Positions 29,571 to 38,255 of a stretch of 64,000 bases of DNA are shown here, piece after piece. This DNA is from Candidatus Limnocylindria bacterium (GTDB lineage: Bacteria; Chloroflexota; Limnocylindria; P2-11E), in the NCBI GenBank assembly GCA_038211425.1, contig JBBQVQ010000003.1, positions 26,563-90,562 of the forward strand. The letters run 5' to 3'. The notes below the pieces were generated by a model, which searched no databases, was not told the DNA's origin, and saw only the letters and a program-made list of their open reading frames with translations. Positions within the stretch are counted from its first letter, which is position 1, and every line of letters begins with the position of its first letter. Both the position numbers and the translations under genes were made by a program.

Positions 29571-30059
29571 CTAGTCGGCGGGTCCGCCCAGCCGTTCCAC
29601 CTGTTCGGCGATCTCGGTCTCGTCCGGGACCTCCCGCAGCTGATGCACGTCGATGTAGCGGCAGACGCCCTCGGCGTCGACGACGATGATCGCGCGCTCC
29701 GGACGTCCGATGTCCCCGTTGAAGACGCCATAGGACCTCGTCACGTCGCCGTGCGGCCAGAAGTCGGAGCAGAGCGGGTATTTCAAGCCGCCGAGCTGGT
29801 CGGCCCAGGCCTTCAGGGCGTAGACGGTGTCGCACGAGATGCCCACGACCTGGGCGGTGCCGCCGACAAAGCGCTCTTGCAGCGCATTCAGGGCCGGCGC
29901 CTCGCTACTTCAGGTCCCCGTGAAGGCGAACGAGAAGAACGCGATGACGACGCGCTTGCCACGGTGCTCCGACAGCCTGAAGTGGGCACCATCGTGGCTC
30001 CGCAACGCGAAATCCGGCGCGGTGTCGCCGACGCGGAGCGTCTCGGTCTCCGTCGCCAC
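29571..30059 (-). CDS. peroxiredoxin (Bcp/PrxQ-like AhpC-TSA family) with in-frame TGA at the peroxidatic-Cys position - candidate selenoprotein
   Basis: Track ORFs 29910..30107 (...LRVGDTAPDFALRSHDGAHFRLSEHRGKRVVIAFFSFAFTGT) and 29571..29846 are in the same frame, separated only by TGA at 29910-29912. The read-through is ...FAFTGT-U-SSEAP..., aligning with the FTxVC(T/P)TE motif. Start is uncertain (GTG at ~30059 or 30107). Confidence 0.7.
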
Positions 30060-30101
30060 CTTGCTGCGGCCTTTGCGGGGCACACGCGTACGATAGCCGC
30101 G

Positions 30102-30314
30102 ATGCACACTGAAGCCCGCGATCGGCGGATGGACGCGGATCGCCGCGACTTCCTCGCCTATCGCACGCGTTGTCCGTTCTCAGGCGATGCCATCGGGCCG
30201 CGCTTCGTGACCCGGGAGCATGCGGGCGTCCCTCCCGACCCGGCCTATGCGGCGAGCGTCCGTTGTCCGGGCTGCAAGCAGGAGTTCGAGGTGATCTTCA
30301 CCGGAGGCAGCTGA
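30102..30314 (+). CDS. hypothetical small CxxC...CxxC protein
   Basis: ATG-initiated tail of track ORF 29643..30314 (RCPFSGD...RCPGCKQEFEVIF). Overlaps the peroxiredoxin 5' end on the other strand, so it is uncertain. Confidence 0.3.
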   Translation: MHTEARDRRMDADRRDFLAYRTRCPFSGDAIGPRFVTREHAGVPPDPAYAASVRCPGCKQEFEVIFTGGS

Positions 30315-30467
30315 CAGATCCGCCCGATGACGGCGATCCGGTCGGCCGGCGGCGGGTGACGCGAACCTCTTCCGGGGCCTGGTGGGCCTGGTGGGCGGGG
30401 GTGCCTGAAGCACGCGCTGATCCGCGTGGTGTTCGACGGCTGTGCGCGCTCGGCGAAGCGGCGCCGG

Positions 30468-32219
30468 TCACGGCACGACGGTAATGGGAACGTATACGCC
30501 CTGGTCGTCCATCCACACGAGTCCGTCGATCACCGGCCGCAGCGGGAGAACATAGACCCCAGGGGTCAACGGGGCGCGGACCTGGAAGAGGAAGGTGCCG
30601 ACGCCGCCTGGTGCGACGTCCGGCTCGACCTGCATGGCGACCCGGTCCCCCGACGGCCATGCCACCGCGAAGGACGCGAACGTCCGGTCGTCGCGCGCGA
30701 CGGCCAGGTTCGCCTGCTGCCCGACGGTTCCCCGCACCCAGTGCTGGGATCCGGCGTTGGCGAACGCGATGGCGATCTGCGCGCTGACCGTGCCGGCGCG
30801 CAGCGTGGGCCATGGCGACTGCGAGAGCCAACGGCTGTGGTATCCCGTGTCCGAAAACACGTCGATGAAGACACCCTGGTCCTCGAGCCAGGTCACGCCG
30901 TCGATCACTCCCCGGAGAGGTAGCCGATAGACCCCGTACGGGGCCGGCGCGCGTACGCTGAAGGTGAACGTGGCGAGACCACCGGGCGCGACCGTCGCTT
31001 CCGCCGTCGTGGCGACGCGGCTCGGCGCCAGCCACCCGACGTTCATGCCGAGATCGCTGTAGGTCGAGACGTCGCCGATGAAACCCAGGTTCGCCTGCTG
31101 ACCAAGCACGCCCCTCTGCCACGATGCCGTGCCCGTATTCCGCAAGCGCACGGTCACGCTGCCCGTGGCACCCGGCTGGAGCACCGGGTACGCGGTCTGA
31201 TCGACGAAGGCCGAGTGGAACGTGGCAGCGCTCGCCCGTGCCGGTGCGGGCGGCGGCGCTTGCGCCGCGGCGGTGCCCGCGGTCGTGAAGTCCCACTCGT
31301 TCGTGACGTACTGGCCGGCGACGGTGATGTCGAAGCGCACGTGATAGGCGGTGCCGGCTGAAAGCGGGCGCTGGGGGACGATGGCCTGGTAGTCGCTCTC
31401 GAACAGCTGCGGCGCGTACCAGATGGGCAGGCGCACGCCGCCGGGCGCGATGATCTCGGCCGCCCGCATGACGACGTTCACGCCGCCGGAGTACACGACC
31501 ATGATCGGATAGCCGACCGGCCCCACCGTGCCGGCGGGGAGTGGGCTCGGCGACTCGCCTCCCGCCCACGAGGGCGGGATGTCCCCCTGCCCGGCCGCCG
31601 GCGACCGGACGTACGGGGTGGGGCGAACGCTGAAGTCGTACACGAGGTCACCGACGGTGGTCGCGCGCCCGTTCAGGTCCGAGTGGCCCCAGCCGGCAAG
31701 CACCGCGCTCGGATGCATGAGCCCGAGTCGGTGGTACGGCATATCCCACAGCTGGGCGACCGACCCGACCGCGCTACTTCCACCGCTCGCGACCTCGCTC
31801 ACGAACGTCCTGCTGAGGCCGGCGGCGGCGACGCGATCGCGCGGCGTGATACCCGTGAACCCTGGCTGGCCCGCCGTTTCGTAATGCCCGCCGGCGGCGT
31901 TCAGCGACGAGTAATCCGCGTGGTGCTGGGCCGCGGACACCACGCGGGCGTCCGCGGGGATCGTCGGGGCGCCGATGGCCGCGCGCCGCTGGTTCTGCGC
32001 GAGGAGCATGTCGTTCGGCGCCACCGTGCCGGCCGCGGCGGTCAGGCCGAACGGAAGGAGGAGGGCAACGGACAGCGAGACGCTCGACAGGATCGGCGCG
32101 GCCGCAATGGGTCTTTGGCGCAACACGGGTCGCAAGGTGAACGGGCTGGTGCCCACACGCGTTACTCGGGACCGCGCGTTCCGGTCGAGCGCCGCCCGCC
32201 CGCGGCGCCTGACCGTCAC
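30468..32219 (-). CDS. secreted protein with N-terminal signal peptide and two C-terminal ~110-aa internal repeats (Ig/NBR1-like)
   Basis: 583-aa track ORF. The signal peptide is probably MLRQRPIAAAPILSSVSLSVALLLPFGLTAAAG if a GTG near 32130 is the start. Internal repeats: ASWQRGVLGQQANLGF...GVYRLPLRGVIDGVTWLEDQGVF and QHWVRGTVGQQANLAV...GVYVLPLRPVIDGLVWMDDQGVY. An N-terminal CAP/SCP-like assignment is only tentative. Confidence 0.65.
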   Translation of the reverse strand: MTVRRRGRAALDRNARSRVTRVGTSPFTLRPVLRQRPIAAAPILSSVSLSVALLLPFGLTAAAGTVAPNDMLLAQNQRRAAIGAPTIPADARVVSAAQHHADYSSLNAAGGHYETAGQPGFTGITPRDRVAAAGLSRTFVSEVASGGSSAVGSVAQLWDMPYHRLGLMHPSAVLAGWGHSDLNGRATTVGDLVYDFSVRPTPYVRSPAAGQGDIPPSWAGGESPSPLPAGTVGPVGYPIMVVYSGGVNVVMRAAEIIAPGGVRLPIWYAPQLFESDYQAIVPQRPLSAGTAYHVRFDITVAGQYVTNEWDFTTAGTAAAQAPPPAPARASAATFHSAFVDQTAYPVLQPGATGSVTVRLRNTGTASWQRGVLGQQANLGFIGDVSTYSDLGMNVGWLAPSRVATTAEATVAPGGLATFTFSVRAPAPYGVYRLPLRGVIDGVTWLEDQGVFIDVFSDTGYHSRWLSQSPWPTLRAGTVSAQIAIAFANAGSQHWVRGTVGQQANLAVARDDRTFASFAVAWPSGDRVAMQVEPDVAPGGVGTFLFQVRAPLTPGVYVLPLRPVIDGLVWMDDQGVYVPITVVP

Positions 32220-32229
32220 GAATCGAAGG

Positions 32230-32295
32230 CTACTTCTTCTTCTTCGTGCTCTTCTTCGCGGTGGTCTTCTTGGCGGCCTTCTTCTTTGCCGGCAT
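32230..32295 (-). CDS. 21-aa lysine-rich small ORF (MPAKKKAAKKTTAKKSTKKKK)
   Basis: ATG preceded by AAAGGAGGUGA at ideal spacing. Stop TAG lies 10 nt upstream of the first possible start of the secreted-protein gene. Sits between the HTH gene and the secreted protein on the same strand. Confidence 0.5.
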   Translation of the reverse strand: MPAKKKAAKKTTAKKSTKKKK

Positions 32296-32332
32296 CTACC
32301 TCACCTCCTTTCCCCAGGGGTGGCCCGGCGCG

Positions 32333-32569
32333 TCAGAACAGGCGCTTCTGCCTTCCGGACGGGCGTCCGGAATGGCTGGAGCGGCCGAGCCACTCCTCGA
32401 ATTCGCGCCTGGGGATGCGCCAGACCCGACCGACCCGCACCGCGGGGATCCGCGTGGGGTCCGCGTCGTCCATCGCGCCGAGGCGGCGCAAGATGGTCGT
32501 GGGATGGACGCGCAGGCGTTTTGCGACCTCGTCGGTCGTGAGGTACTCATCGTCAGCGCGATCGGCCAC
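32333..32569 (-). CDS. excisionase-family (HTH_17 / BldC-like) small DNA-binding protein
   Basis: GTG ~32569 with an AGGAG Shine-Dalgarno site. 78 aa with an HTH (YLTTDEVAKRLRVHPTTILRRL) and a C-terminal wing (VRVGRVWRIPRREFEEWL). Confidence 0.7.
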   Translation of the reverse strand: MADRADDEYLTTDEVAKRLRVHPTTILRRLGAMDDADPTRIPAVRVGRVWRIPRREFEEWLGRSSHSGRPSGRQKRLF

Positions 32570-32873
32570 TGCAGCTCCTGCGTAGGATGCTTCTCCGCGC
32601 TTCACCTGCTTGATGCCACTTTAACTGCATGCCTTGTCCTGTCAAGGATGCTACCGCCGGCAATGCGACACGGGCGGAGCGGCAGGAGCGCCGGAAGGGC
32701 GAGTCGAACGGCGGCATCGCGCCGTGCGGCCGGATCGGAAGCCGTCGCGATGGGCATCGGTCGGATGACGAGGCGAGACCCGCGGGCCATCCCGCCAAGC
32801 GGCGGACCCCGCATCGGGTCCTGGCCCACGACGGGTCGTCCGGTCCGGCACCCGGCGGGCGTCTTGATTGCTG

Positions 32874-32948
32874 TCGGGGTGGACGGATTCGAACCGTCGA
32901 CTTCGACGCCCCCAGCGTCGCGGTCTAACCAAGCTGACCTACACCCCG
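32874..32948 (-). tRNA. tRNA-Pro (anticodon GGG)
   Basis: 75-nt cloverleaf on the minus strand: acceptor CGGGGTG/CACCCCG, D arm GGTC/GACC, anticodon stem CGACG/CGTCG, loop CTGGGGG, T arm GACGG-TTCGAAT-CCGTC, discriminator A. Confidence 0.9.
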
Positions 32949-32995
32949 AGTCGCGCTCCCCCGAGTCTATCGGCGTGCCGACCGGGTCCCCCGCG

Positions 32996-33226
32996 TCAGC
33001 GATCGGCCGTGTCCGCGGCCGGCATAAGGCCGAGGAAGTCGCGCGTGAAGGCGTATAGCTTCTCGCGGTCGTCCTTCTGCACGGGCCGTAGCCCGTAGTG
33101 GTTGATGACGCGGATCTGCGCCTGCAGCCACTCTTTCCAGCATTCCGCGCAGACGCGGCCCTCGATCTCCGCGCCGAGGGGATCCGGCAAGCCCACGCGG
33201 CCCGCGCCCTCCCGGGTCAGATTGCA
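32996..33226 (-). CDS. YggX-like Fe(2+)-trafficking / oxidative-damage protection protein
   Basis: The C-terminal ~77 aa of track ORF 32996..33403 (TCSRCNLTREGAGRVGLPDPLGAEIEGRVCAECWKEWLQAQIRVINHYGL...YAFTRDFLGL) match the YggX pattern. GTG start preceded by GAGGGAG. Confidence 0.65.
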   Translation of the reverse strand, partial: CNLTREGAGRVGLPDPLGAEIEGRVCAECWKEWLQAQIRVINHYGLRPVQKDDREKLYAFTRDFLGLMPAADTADR

Positions 33227-33270
33227 GCGACTGCACGTCACCTCCCTCACGCGCTCATGGTATCGCCGGG

Positions 33271-33672
33271 TCAGCGCACGCGGCCGATCCGCGCGACCGG
33301 GGCGTATCGGAATGCCACGCGAGCGACCACCCTCGTCGCCGGTAGGGGGCCGAACGTCCGGCTGTCGGTGCTCAGCGTGAGGTTGTCGCCTGCGACCTCG
33401 CACGTCCCGTCCGGCCGCACCGCAGTCGCTCGCTTCACGAGTAGCCGGCGCGCGTCGCGAGGGTCCCGCACCACGACGAGATCACCGACGCGAAGCCGCC
33501 GGGGCGGCGGCAGGGCGATGAGCCAGTCGCCCTCGCGCAACGTCGGCTCCATGCTGCGTCCGGTGACCGCGACGCGAGTGATCAGCCGCGAGGGCTCGGC
33601 CCGAAGCGGCCTCCCCTTCCGGATAGCACGCCATCGGCCGTAAGCGAGGCGCGCGGCGCGAGCGGGATTCAA
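33271..33672 (-). CDS. sodX: S26-family signal-peptidase-like NiSOD maturation protease
   Basis: Ser protease motif (GRSMEPTL) and a C-terminal motif (GDNLTLSTDSRTFGP). Immediately downstream of sodN. Confidence 0.75.
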   Translation of the reverse strand: MNPARAARLAYGRWRAIRKGRPLRAEPSRLITRVAVTGRSMEPTLREGDWLIALPPPRRLRVGDLVVVRDPRDARRLLVKRATAVRPDGTCEVAGDNLTLSTDSRTFGPLPATRVVARVAFRYAPVARIGRVR

Positions 33673-33760
33673 GGGCCGCGAGGGCTCAGGCCGAAATGGC
33701 GTCCCGTTCCGGACGCCGCCGCGACCGACACGCGCAGCGCGAGTGGAGCCTGATCGGCTA

Positions 33761-34201
33761 CTAGGCCGCCTTCTTCGTCGCCCAGAAGATGTCGCTGATC
33801 TCTTTCACGGCGGCCTGGAGGTCGGCTGCGGCCTGCGCGTCCACGCTCTGCTTGTTCTTGGAGCAGAGCTTCGCCGCCTTCCAGAACGTCTCGTGAAGCT
33901 TGGGGAACTTCTCGAGGTGCTCGGGCTTGAAGTAGTCGGTCCAGAGGATGAGGAGCTCGCGCTTGCAGATCTGCGCGTGTTCCTCCTTGACGGCCACGGA
34001 ACGCACCAGGTTGTTGCGATGGGTCAGCTCATCCGGACCATGCTGTGCGGCGCCGGTGGCGGCAGCCTCGATCTTCTCGACCATCTTGGCGACGGTGTCC
34101 GAGGCGACCTTCGCGGCGGTCGGGTCGTAGATGCCGCATGGAATGTCGCAGTGCGCGTGGACGATGACACGTGGAGCGAGCAGCGAACGAATGGAGAACA
34201 T
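33761..34201 (-). CDS. sodN: nickel-containing superoxide dismutase precursor
   Basis: Internal ATG ~34201. Propeptide MFSIRSLLAPRVIVHA, then the Ni-hook HCDIPCGIYDP. Confidence 0.85.
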   Translation of the reverse strand: MFSIRSLLAPRVIVHAHCDIPCGIYDPTAAKVASDTVAKMVEKIEAAATGAAQHGPDELTHRNNLVRSVAVKEEHAQICKRELLILWTDYFKPEHLEKFPKLHETFWKAAKLCSKNKQSVDAQAAADLQAAVKEISDIFWATKKAA

Positions 34202-34244
34202 ACATCCCCTCCAGCGGAGTCGATTCGGTCGGGCGTCTCCGATA

Positions 34245-35310
34245 CTACGGCGGCGAGACCTGCCGCGCCGCGGCACCGATGACCAGGCGCGACACCTCCG
34301 CGAGGGGACCGGAGATCTCGTCGCCGCGCTCGCGGTCCATGAGCTCCCGCATGGCGTCTCGGACCGGCTTTCCCTCGAAGAGCACGGCATACGTCTGCTC
34401 CGCGATGGGCATCTCGACGCCCCGGTGGCGCGACGCAGCGCGGACGGCGGCGGTCGTGCCGATCCCTTCGGCGACCTGCCCGCCGAGATGGGCGCGGATG
34501 TCGGAGAGCGGCAGGCCCTTCGCCAGGAGCTCTCCCAGCGTGCGGTTGCGCGAATGCGCGCTCGTGCATGTCGCGACGAGGTCGCCGATCCCGGCGAGGC
34601 CCGCGGCGGTCAGGGGACTGGCCCCCTCCGCGAAAGCGAACCGGGCGATCTCGGCGAGACCGCGCGTCACGAACCCGGCCTTGGCGTTGTCGCCATAGCC
34701 CATGCCGTCGATGGCGCCGGCGCCGACCGCGACGATGTTCTTGAGCGCCCCGCATATCTCGACGCCGACGACGTCGGCGTTCGTGTACGCCCGGAACATC
34801 GGCGTACTCACGACCGCCTGGAACCGCCGCGCCGTGCCCGGATCGGCCGACGCGACCACCGTGGGCGCGGGGAGGCCGGTCGCGATCTCGCGGCTGATGT
34901 TCGGCCCCGAGAGGACGGCGATGCGATCGCGGTTCATCACCTCCGACCAGAGCCCGCTCATGCGGCGACCGTCCTCGGTGAGGCCCTTCGTCGCCGAACA
35001 AAGGTGGTGGTCCGGTCTGAGGAGCGGCGCGATCAGATCGCGAAGCTCGCGCACGCCAGCGCTCGGAACGGCGATCACCAGGTCGTCGGGGATCAGGGCG
35101 CGCTCGATGTCGCTCGTGACCTCGACGCCCTCCGGGAGGCGCACGCCCGGCAGATAGCGCACGTTCTCCCGCCGAGACGCGACCTCGCCGGCCCGCGCGG
35201 CATCGCGCATCCAGAGGACCACGCGCCGGCCGCCGTCCCGCGCCATGATCGTCGCCAGCGTCGTGCCCCACGCGCCGCCCTGGAGGACGGCAACGTCGGG
35301 CGCCCTCACG
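34245..35310 (-). CDS. gpsA: NAD(P)H-dependent glycerol-3-phosphate dehydrogenase
   Basis: GTG ~35310 overlaps the plsY stop. Signatures GGAWGTTLA and a C-terminal NAD_Gly3P_dh domain. The first 200 aa of the track ORF are a shadow. Confidence 0.85.
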
Positions 35311-35953
35311 CCCGTTGTCCCTGTTCCCCCACCCTCGGCTCCACGCCGCGCAGGATGCGCTCGATGTTGGCCCGATGCCGGAACGTGATGATCCCCGCGG
35401 AGATCAGGATGAACGCCAGTGCGGCCCAGTGGAACGAGATCACGCCGAGCAGGGTGAAGAGCGCGTATCCCACGATCGCACCACCAGCGGCGGCCAACGA
35501 GCCGACCGAGACCATCCGCGTTATCGCCAGGGCGATGGCGAACGCCACGACCGACACCAGCCATGTCGGGCTCGCCACGAAGAGCAGCGCGCCGAACCCT
35601 GTCGCGACGCCGCGCCCTCCGCGGCCCGCCAGGAACGCGGGCCAGCAGTGGCCGGCGACGGCGCCGACCGCGGCGAGCGCCGACGCCACGATGCGACCGT
35701 CGCCCTGAGGAACGAGGAACACCGCGAGCCACACCGCGGCCGCGCCTTTCAGGATGTCGAGCAGCCCGACGAGGATGGCGGCGCCCGGCCCGAGCGTTCG
35801 CAGGGTGTTCGTCGCGCCGGTCGAGCCCGAGCCCACACGGCGCAGGTCGACGTTCCGGTAGAGCCTGCCGACGACGTAGCCGCTCGAGAATGAGCCGATG
35901 GCGTACCCGCACAGGCCCGCGAGGACGGGAAGGACCCCGGCGAGGAATGTCAT
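35306..35953 (-). CDS. plsY: glycerol-3-phosphate acyltransferase
   Basis: 215-aa polytopic protein with the PlsY motif (RNVDLRRVGSGSTGATN). Confidence 0.85.
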   Translation of the reverse strand: MTFLAGVLPVLAGLCGYAIGSFSSGYVVGRLYRNVDLRRVGSGSTGATNTLRTLGPGAAILVGLLDILKGAAAVWLAVFLVPQGDGRIVASALAAVGAVAGHCWPAFLAGRGGRGVATGFGALLFVASPTWLVSVVAFAIALAITRMVSVGSLAAAGGAIVGYALFTLLGVISFHWAALAFILISAGIITFRHRANIERILRGVEPRVGEQGQRA

Positions 35954-37284
35954 TCGCGCGCCCCGCGGAATTCGAGACGCAGGGGCGTGCCCGCGAACTC
36001 GAAGCGCTCGCGGATGCGGTTCTCGAGATAGCGCTGGTACGAGAAGTGGACCGCGTCAGGGCGATCGACGAAGAACACGAATGTCGGCGCCGGCCCCTTC
36101 GCCTGCGTCACGTGGTGGAAGCGGACCTCGCGACCGTGATCGGTGGGCGGCGGATGCGCGCCAATGGCATCGACGAGGAGGCGGTGCAGTTCCGAGGTCG
36201 CGATACGGACGGCGCGGCGCGCAACGATGGCGAGGGCATCCGCGAGCGTCGCCTCGACGCCGCGGCCGGTCTTCGCCGATACGAAACGGCTTCCGAGCCA
36301 CGGCGCGAAGTGGAACTCCCGGGCGATGTCGGCCTCGAAGCGAGCGGTCATCTCAGCGCTCCGCTCGACAGCATCCCACTTGTTCACAGCGAGCACCATA
36401 CCCACCCGGGCATCGAGGGCATACCCGGCGATGTGCAGGTCCTGTGCGGTGATGCCCTCGGTCGCGTCGACGAGCACGATCGCCACGTCGGCGCGCTCGA
36501 TGGCGCGCACGGTGCGCAGGAGCGAGTACTGCTCGATCCCGTGCTCGATCCGGCCGCGCCGGCGGATGCCCGCGGTATCCACGAGCAGGACCCGGCGGCC
36601 GCCCCGCTCGAGCGTCGTGTCGATGGTGTCGCGGGTGGTGCCGGGAAGGGTGCTCACGACGGCGCGGTCGGTGCCCGCGAGCGCGTTGAGGAAGCTCGAC
36701 TTGCCGACGTTCGGCCGCCCCACGATGGCCACCCGCGCGTTGTGCGTCTCCTCTTCCGGCGACTGGTCCGGGAGCGCGGCCACGACGGCGTCAAGCAGGT
36801 CTCCCGTCCCTGTGCCCTGGAGCGCTGAGACGGGGTACACCTCGCCCAGGCCGAATTCGTAGAACTCGCTCGCCTGTGCCTCGCCGCGCCAGGAGTCGCT
36901 CTTGTTCGCCGCGACGACCACGGGCTTGCGGCCACGGCGTAGCCGGTCGGCGACCTCGTGCTCCAGGGGCAGGAGTCCCGCCTTCGCGTCGACGACGAAG
37001 AGCACGGCATCCGACTCCTCGATCGCGAGCGCGGCCTGGTGCCGCACCGCCGCGGCGAGCTGCGCCGTCGCCTCCGGCGAGCGGTCCTCGGCGGCGCCGT
37101 CGAGGCCGCCGGTGTCCACGAGCGTGAACTCGCGGCCGCGCCATTCGCAGGTCGCATAGATACGATCACGGGTGGTGCCCGGGAGATCTTCGACGATCGC
37201 GAGGCGCTCGCCGACAAGGCGGTTGAAGAGGGTCGACTTGCCGACGTTCGGCCGCCCCACGACCGCGACGACCGGCCGCGGCAT
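35950..37284 (-). CDS. der: ribosome-biogenesis GTPase Der (EngA), tandem GTPase domains + KH domain
   Basis: Two G domains (GRPNVGKSTLFN twice) and a C-terminal KH-like domain. ATGA overlap with plsY. Confidence 0.9.
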   Translation of the reverse strand: MPRPVVAVVGRPNVGKSTLFNRLVGERLAIVEDLPGTTRDRIYATCEWRGREFTLVDTGGLDGAAEDRSPEATAQLAAAVRHQAALAIEESDAVLFVVDAKAGLLPLEHEVADRLRRGRKPVVVAANKSDSWRGEAQASEFYEFGLGEVYPVSALQGTGTGDLLDAVVAALPDQSPEEETHNARVAIVGRPNVGKSSFLNALAGTDRAVVSTLPGTTRDTIDTTLERGGRRVLLVDTAGIRRRGRIEHGIEQYSLLRTVRAIERADVAIVLVDATEGITAQDLHIAGYALDARVGMVLAVNKWDAVERSAEMTARFEADIAREFHFAPWLGSRFVSAKTGRGVEATLADALAIVARRAVRIATSELHRLLVDAIGAHPPPTDHGREVRFHHVTQAKGPAPTFVFFVDRPDAVHFSYQRYLENRIRERFEFAGTPLRLEFRGARE

Positions 37285-37287
37285 CGC

Positions 37288-38124
37288 TTAGGCGGCGAGC
37301 GCCTCGGCGCGCTCCTTGACCTCGAGCAGGGTCTCCATCGGCGTGGAGCATCCGCCGATCAGCCCGATGCGGTCCTCGCCCGCGACCCAGACACGCTCGA
37401 GCTCGTCGGCGTGTTCGATGTGGTATGCCGCGCGGCCCTGCATGCGCGCGAGGTTCACGAGCTCCCGCGTGTTCGCGGAGTTCTTTCCCCCGACGACCAC
37501 GATGGTGTTCACCTGCTGCGCGAGCTCCGTGGCGGCGTTCTGCCGCTTGACGGTCACCGGGCAGACCGTGTTGAAGACCTTGGTCTCCTGGGAGATGTCC
37601 ACGACGTGAGCCACGAGCTCCTTGAAGACCCAGGGCGGCTGCGTCGACTGCGATACCACGCCGGCCCTCTTCATCTTGGGGAGCTTCTCCCATTCCTCCT
37701 TCGTTTCGACGACGACGTGATCGTCGCCCGCGAAACCGACGAGCCCGATGACCTCGGGATGCTGCGGGGTGCCGAGGATCACGACGCGGTAACCCTCTTC
37801 CGCGAGCTGCCTGGTGAAGCGCTGCGCGCGGAGCACGAGCGAGCAGGTCGCGTCGATGCACTCGAGCCCCTGCGCCTCGATCTTCGCCCGGGTCTCGGGC
37901 GGGATCCCGTGCGCCCGTATGACGACGACTCCCTCCGGGGCCTCCCCCGGATCGGCGATGACCCTGACGCCCCGGGCGGCCAGGCGCTCGCTGATCTTGG
38001 GGTTGTGGACGACCTGTCCGAGGTTATGCACGGTCTTGCCGGTCTCGGCCGCGGCCTCGGTCAGCTCGACCGCCTTCTTGACGCCGAAGCAGAACCCGTT
38101 CTCGCGCGCGAGGAGCACTTCCAT
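37288..38124 (-). CDS. ispH: 4-hydroxy-3-methylbut-2-enyl diphosphate reductase
   Basis: Internal ATG ~38124 (MEVLLARENGFCFGV). The three cluster cysteines are present (GFCFGV, ATCSLV, NTVCPV). Confidence 0.85.
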   Translation of the reverse strand: MEVLLARENGFCFGVKKAVELTEAAAETGKTVHNLGQVVHNPKISERLAARGVRVIADPGEAPEGVVVIRAHGIPPETRAKIEAQGLECIDATCSLVLRAQRFTRQLAEEGYRVVILGTPQHPEVIGLVGFAGDDHVVVETKEEWEKLPKMKRAGVVSQSTQPPWVFKELVAHVVDISQETKVFNTVCPVTVKRQNAATELAQQVNTIVVVGGKNSANTRELVNLARMQGRAAYHIEHADELERVWVAGEDRIGLIGGCSTPMETLLEVKERAEALAA

Positions 38125-38255
38125 CTGACACAAGTCTACGTGGTCAGACCGGCCCCGGATGTCCCTTTCGTCATGTTCGCCCTCGGTCGTCGGGCGCGAC
38201 GAGCGACCCGAACCCTGGCGCCGCCTCGGGGCGAACGGACACATGCGGGAGCTGG

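Noticed and set aside
13185-32874. The tRNA-Pro to tRNA-Pro interval as an intact integrated genomic island or prophage.
   Set aside because: There is no integrase, no phage structural genes and no att-like repeats, and the cargo is dominated by ordinary transporters and metabolic genes.
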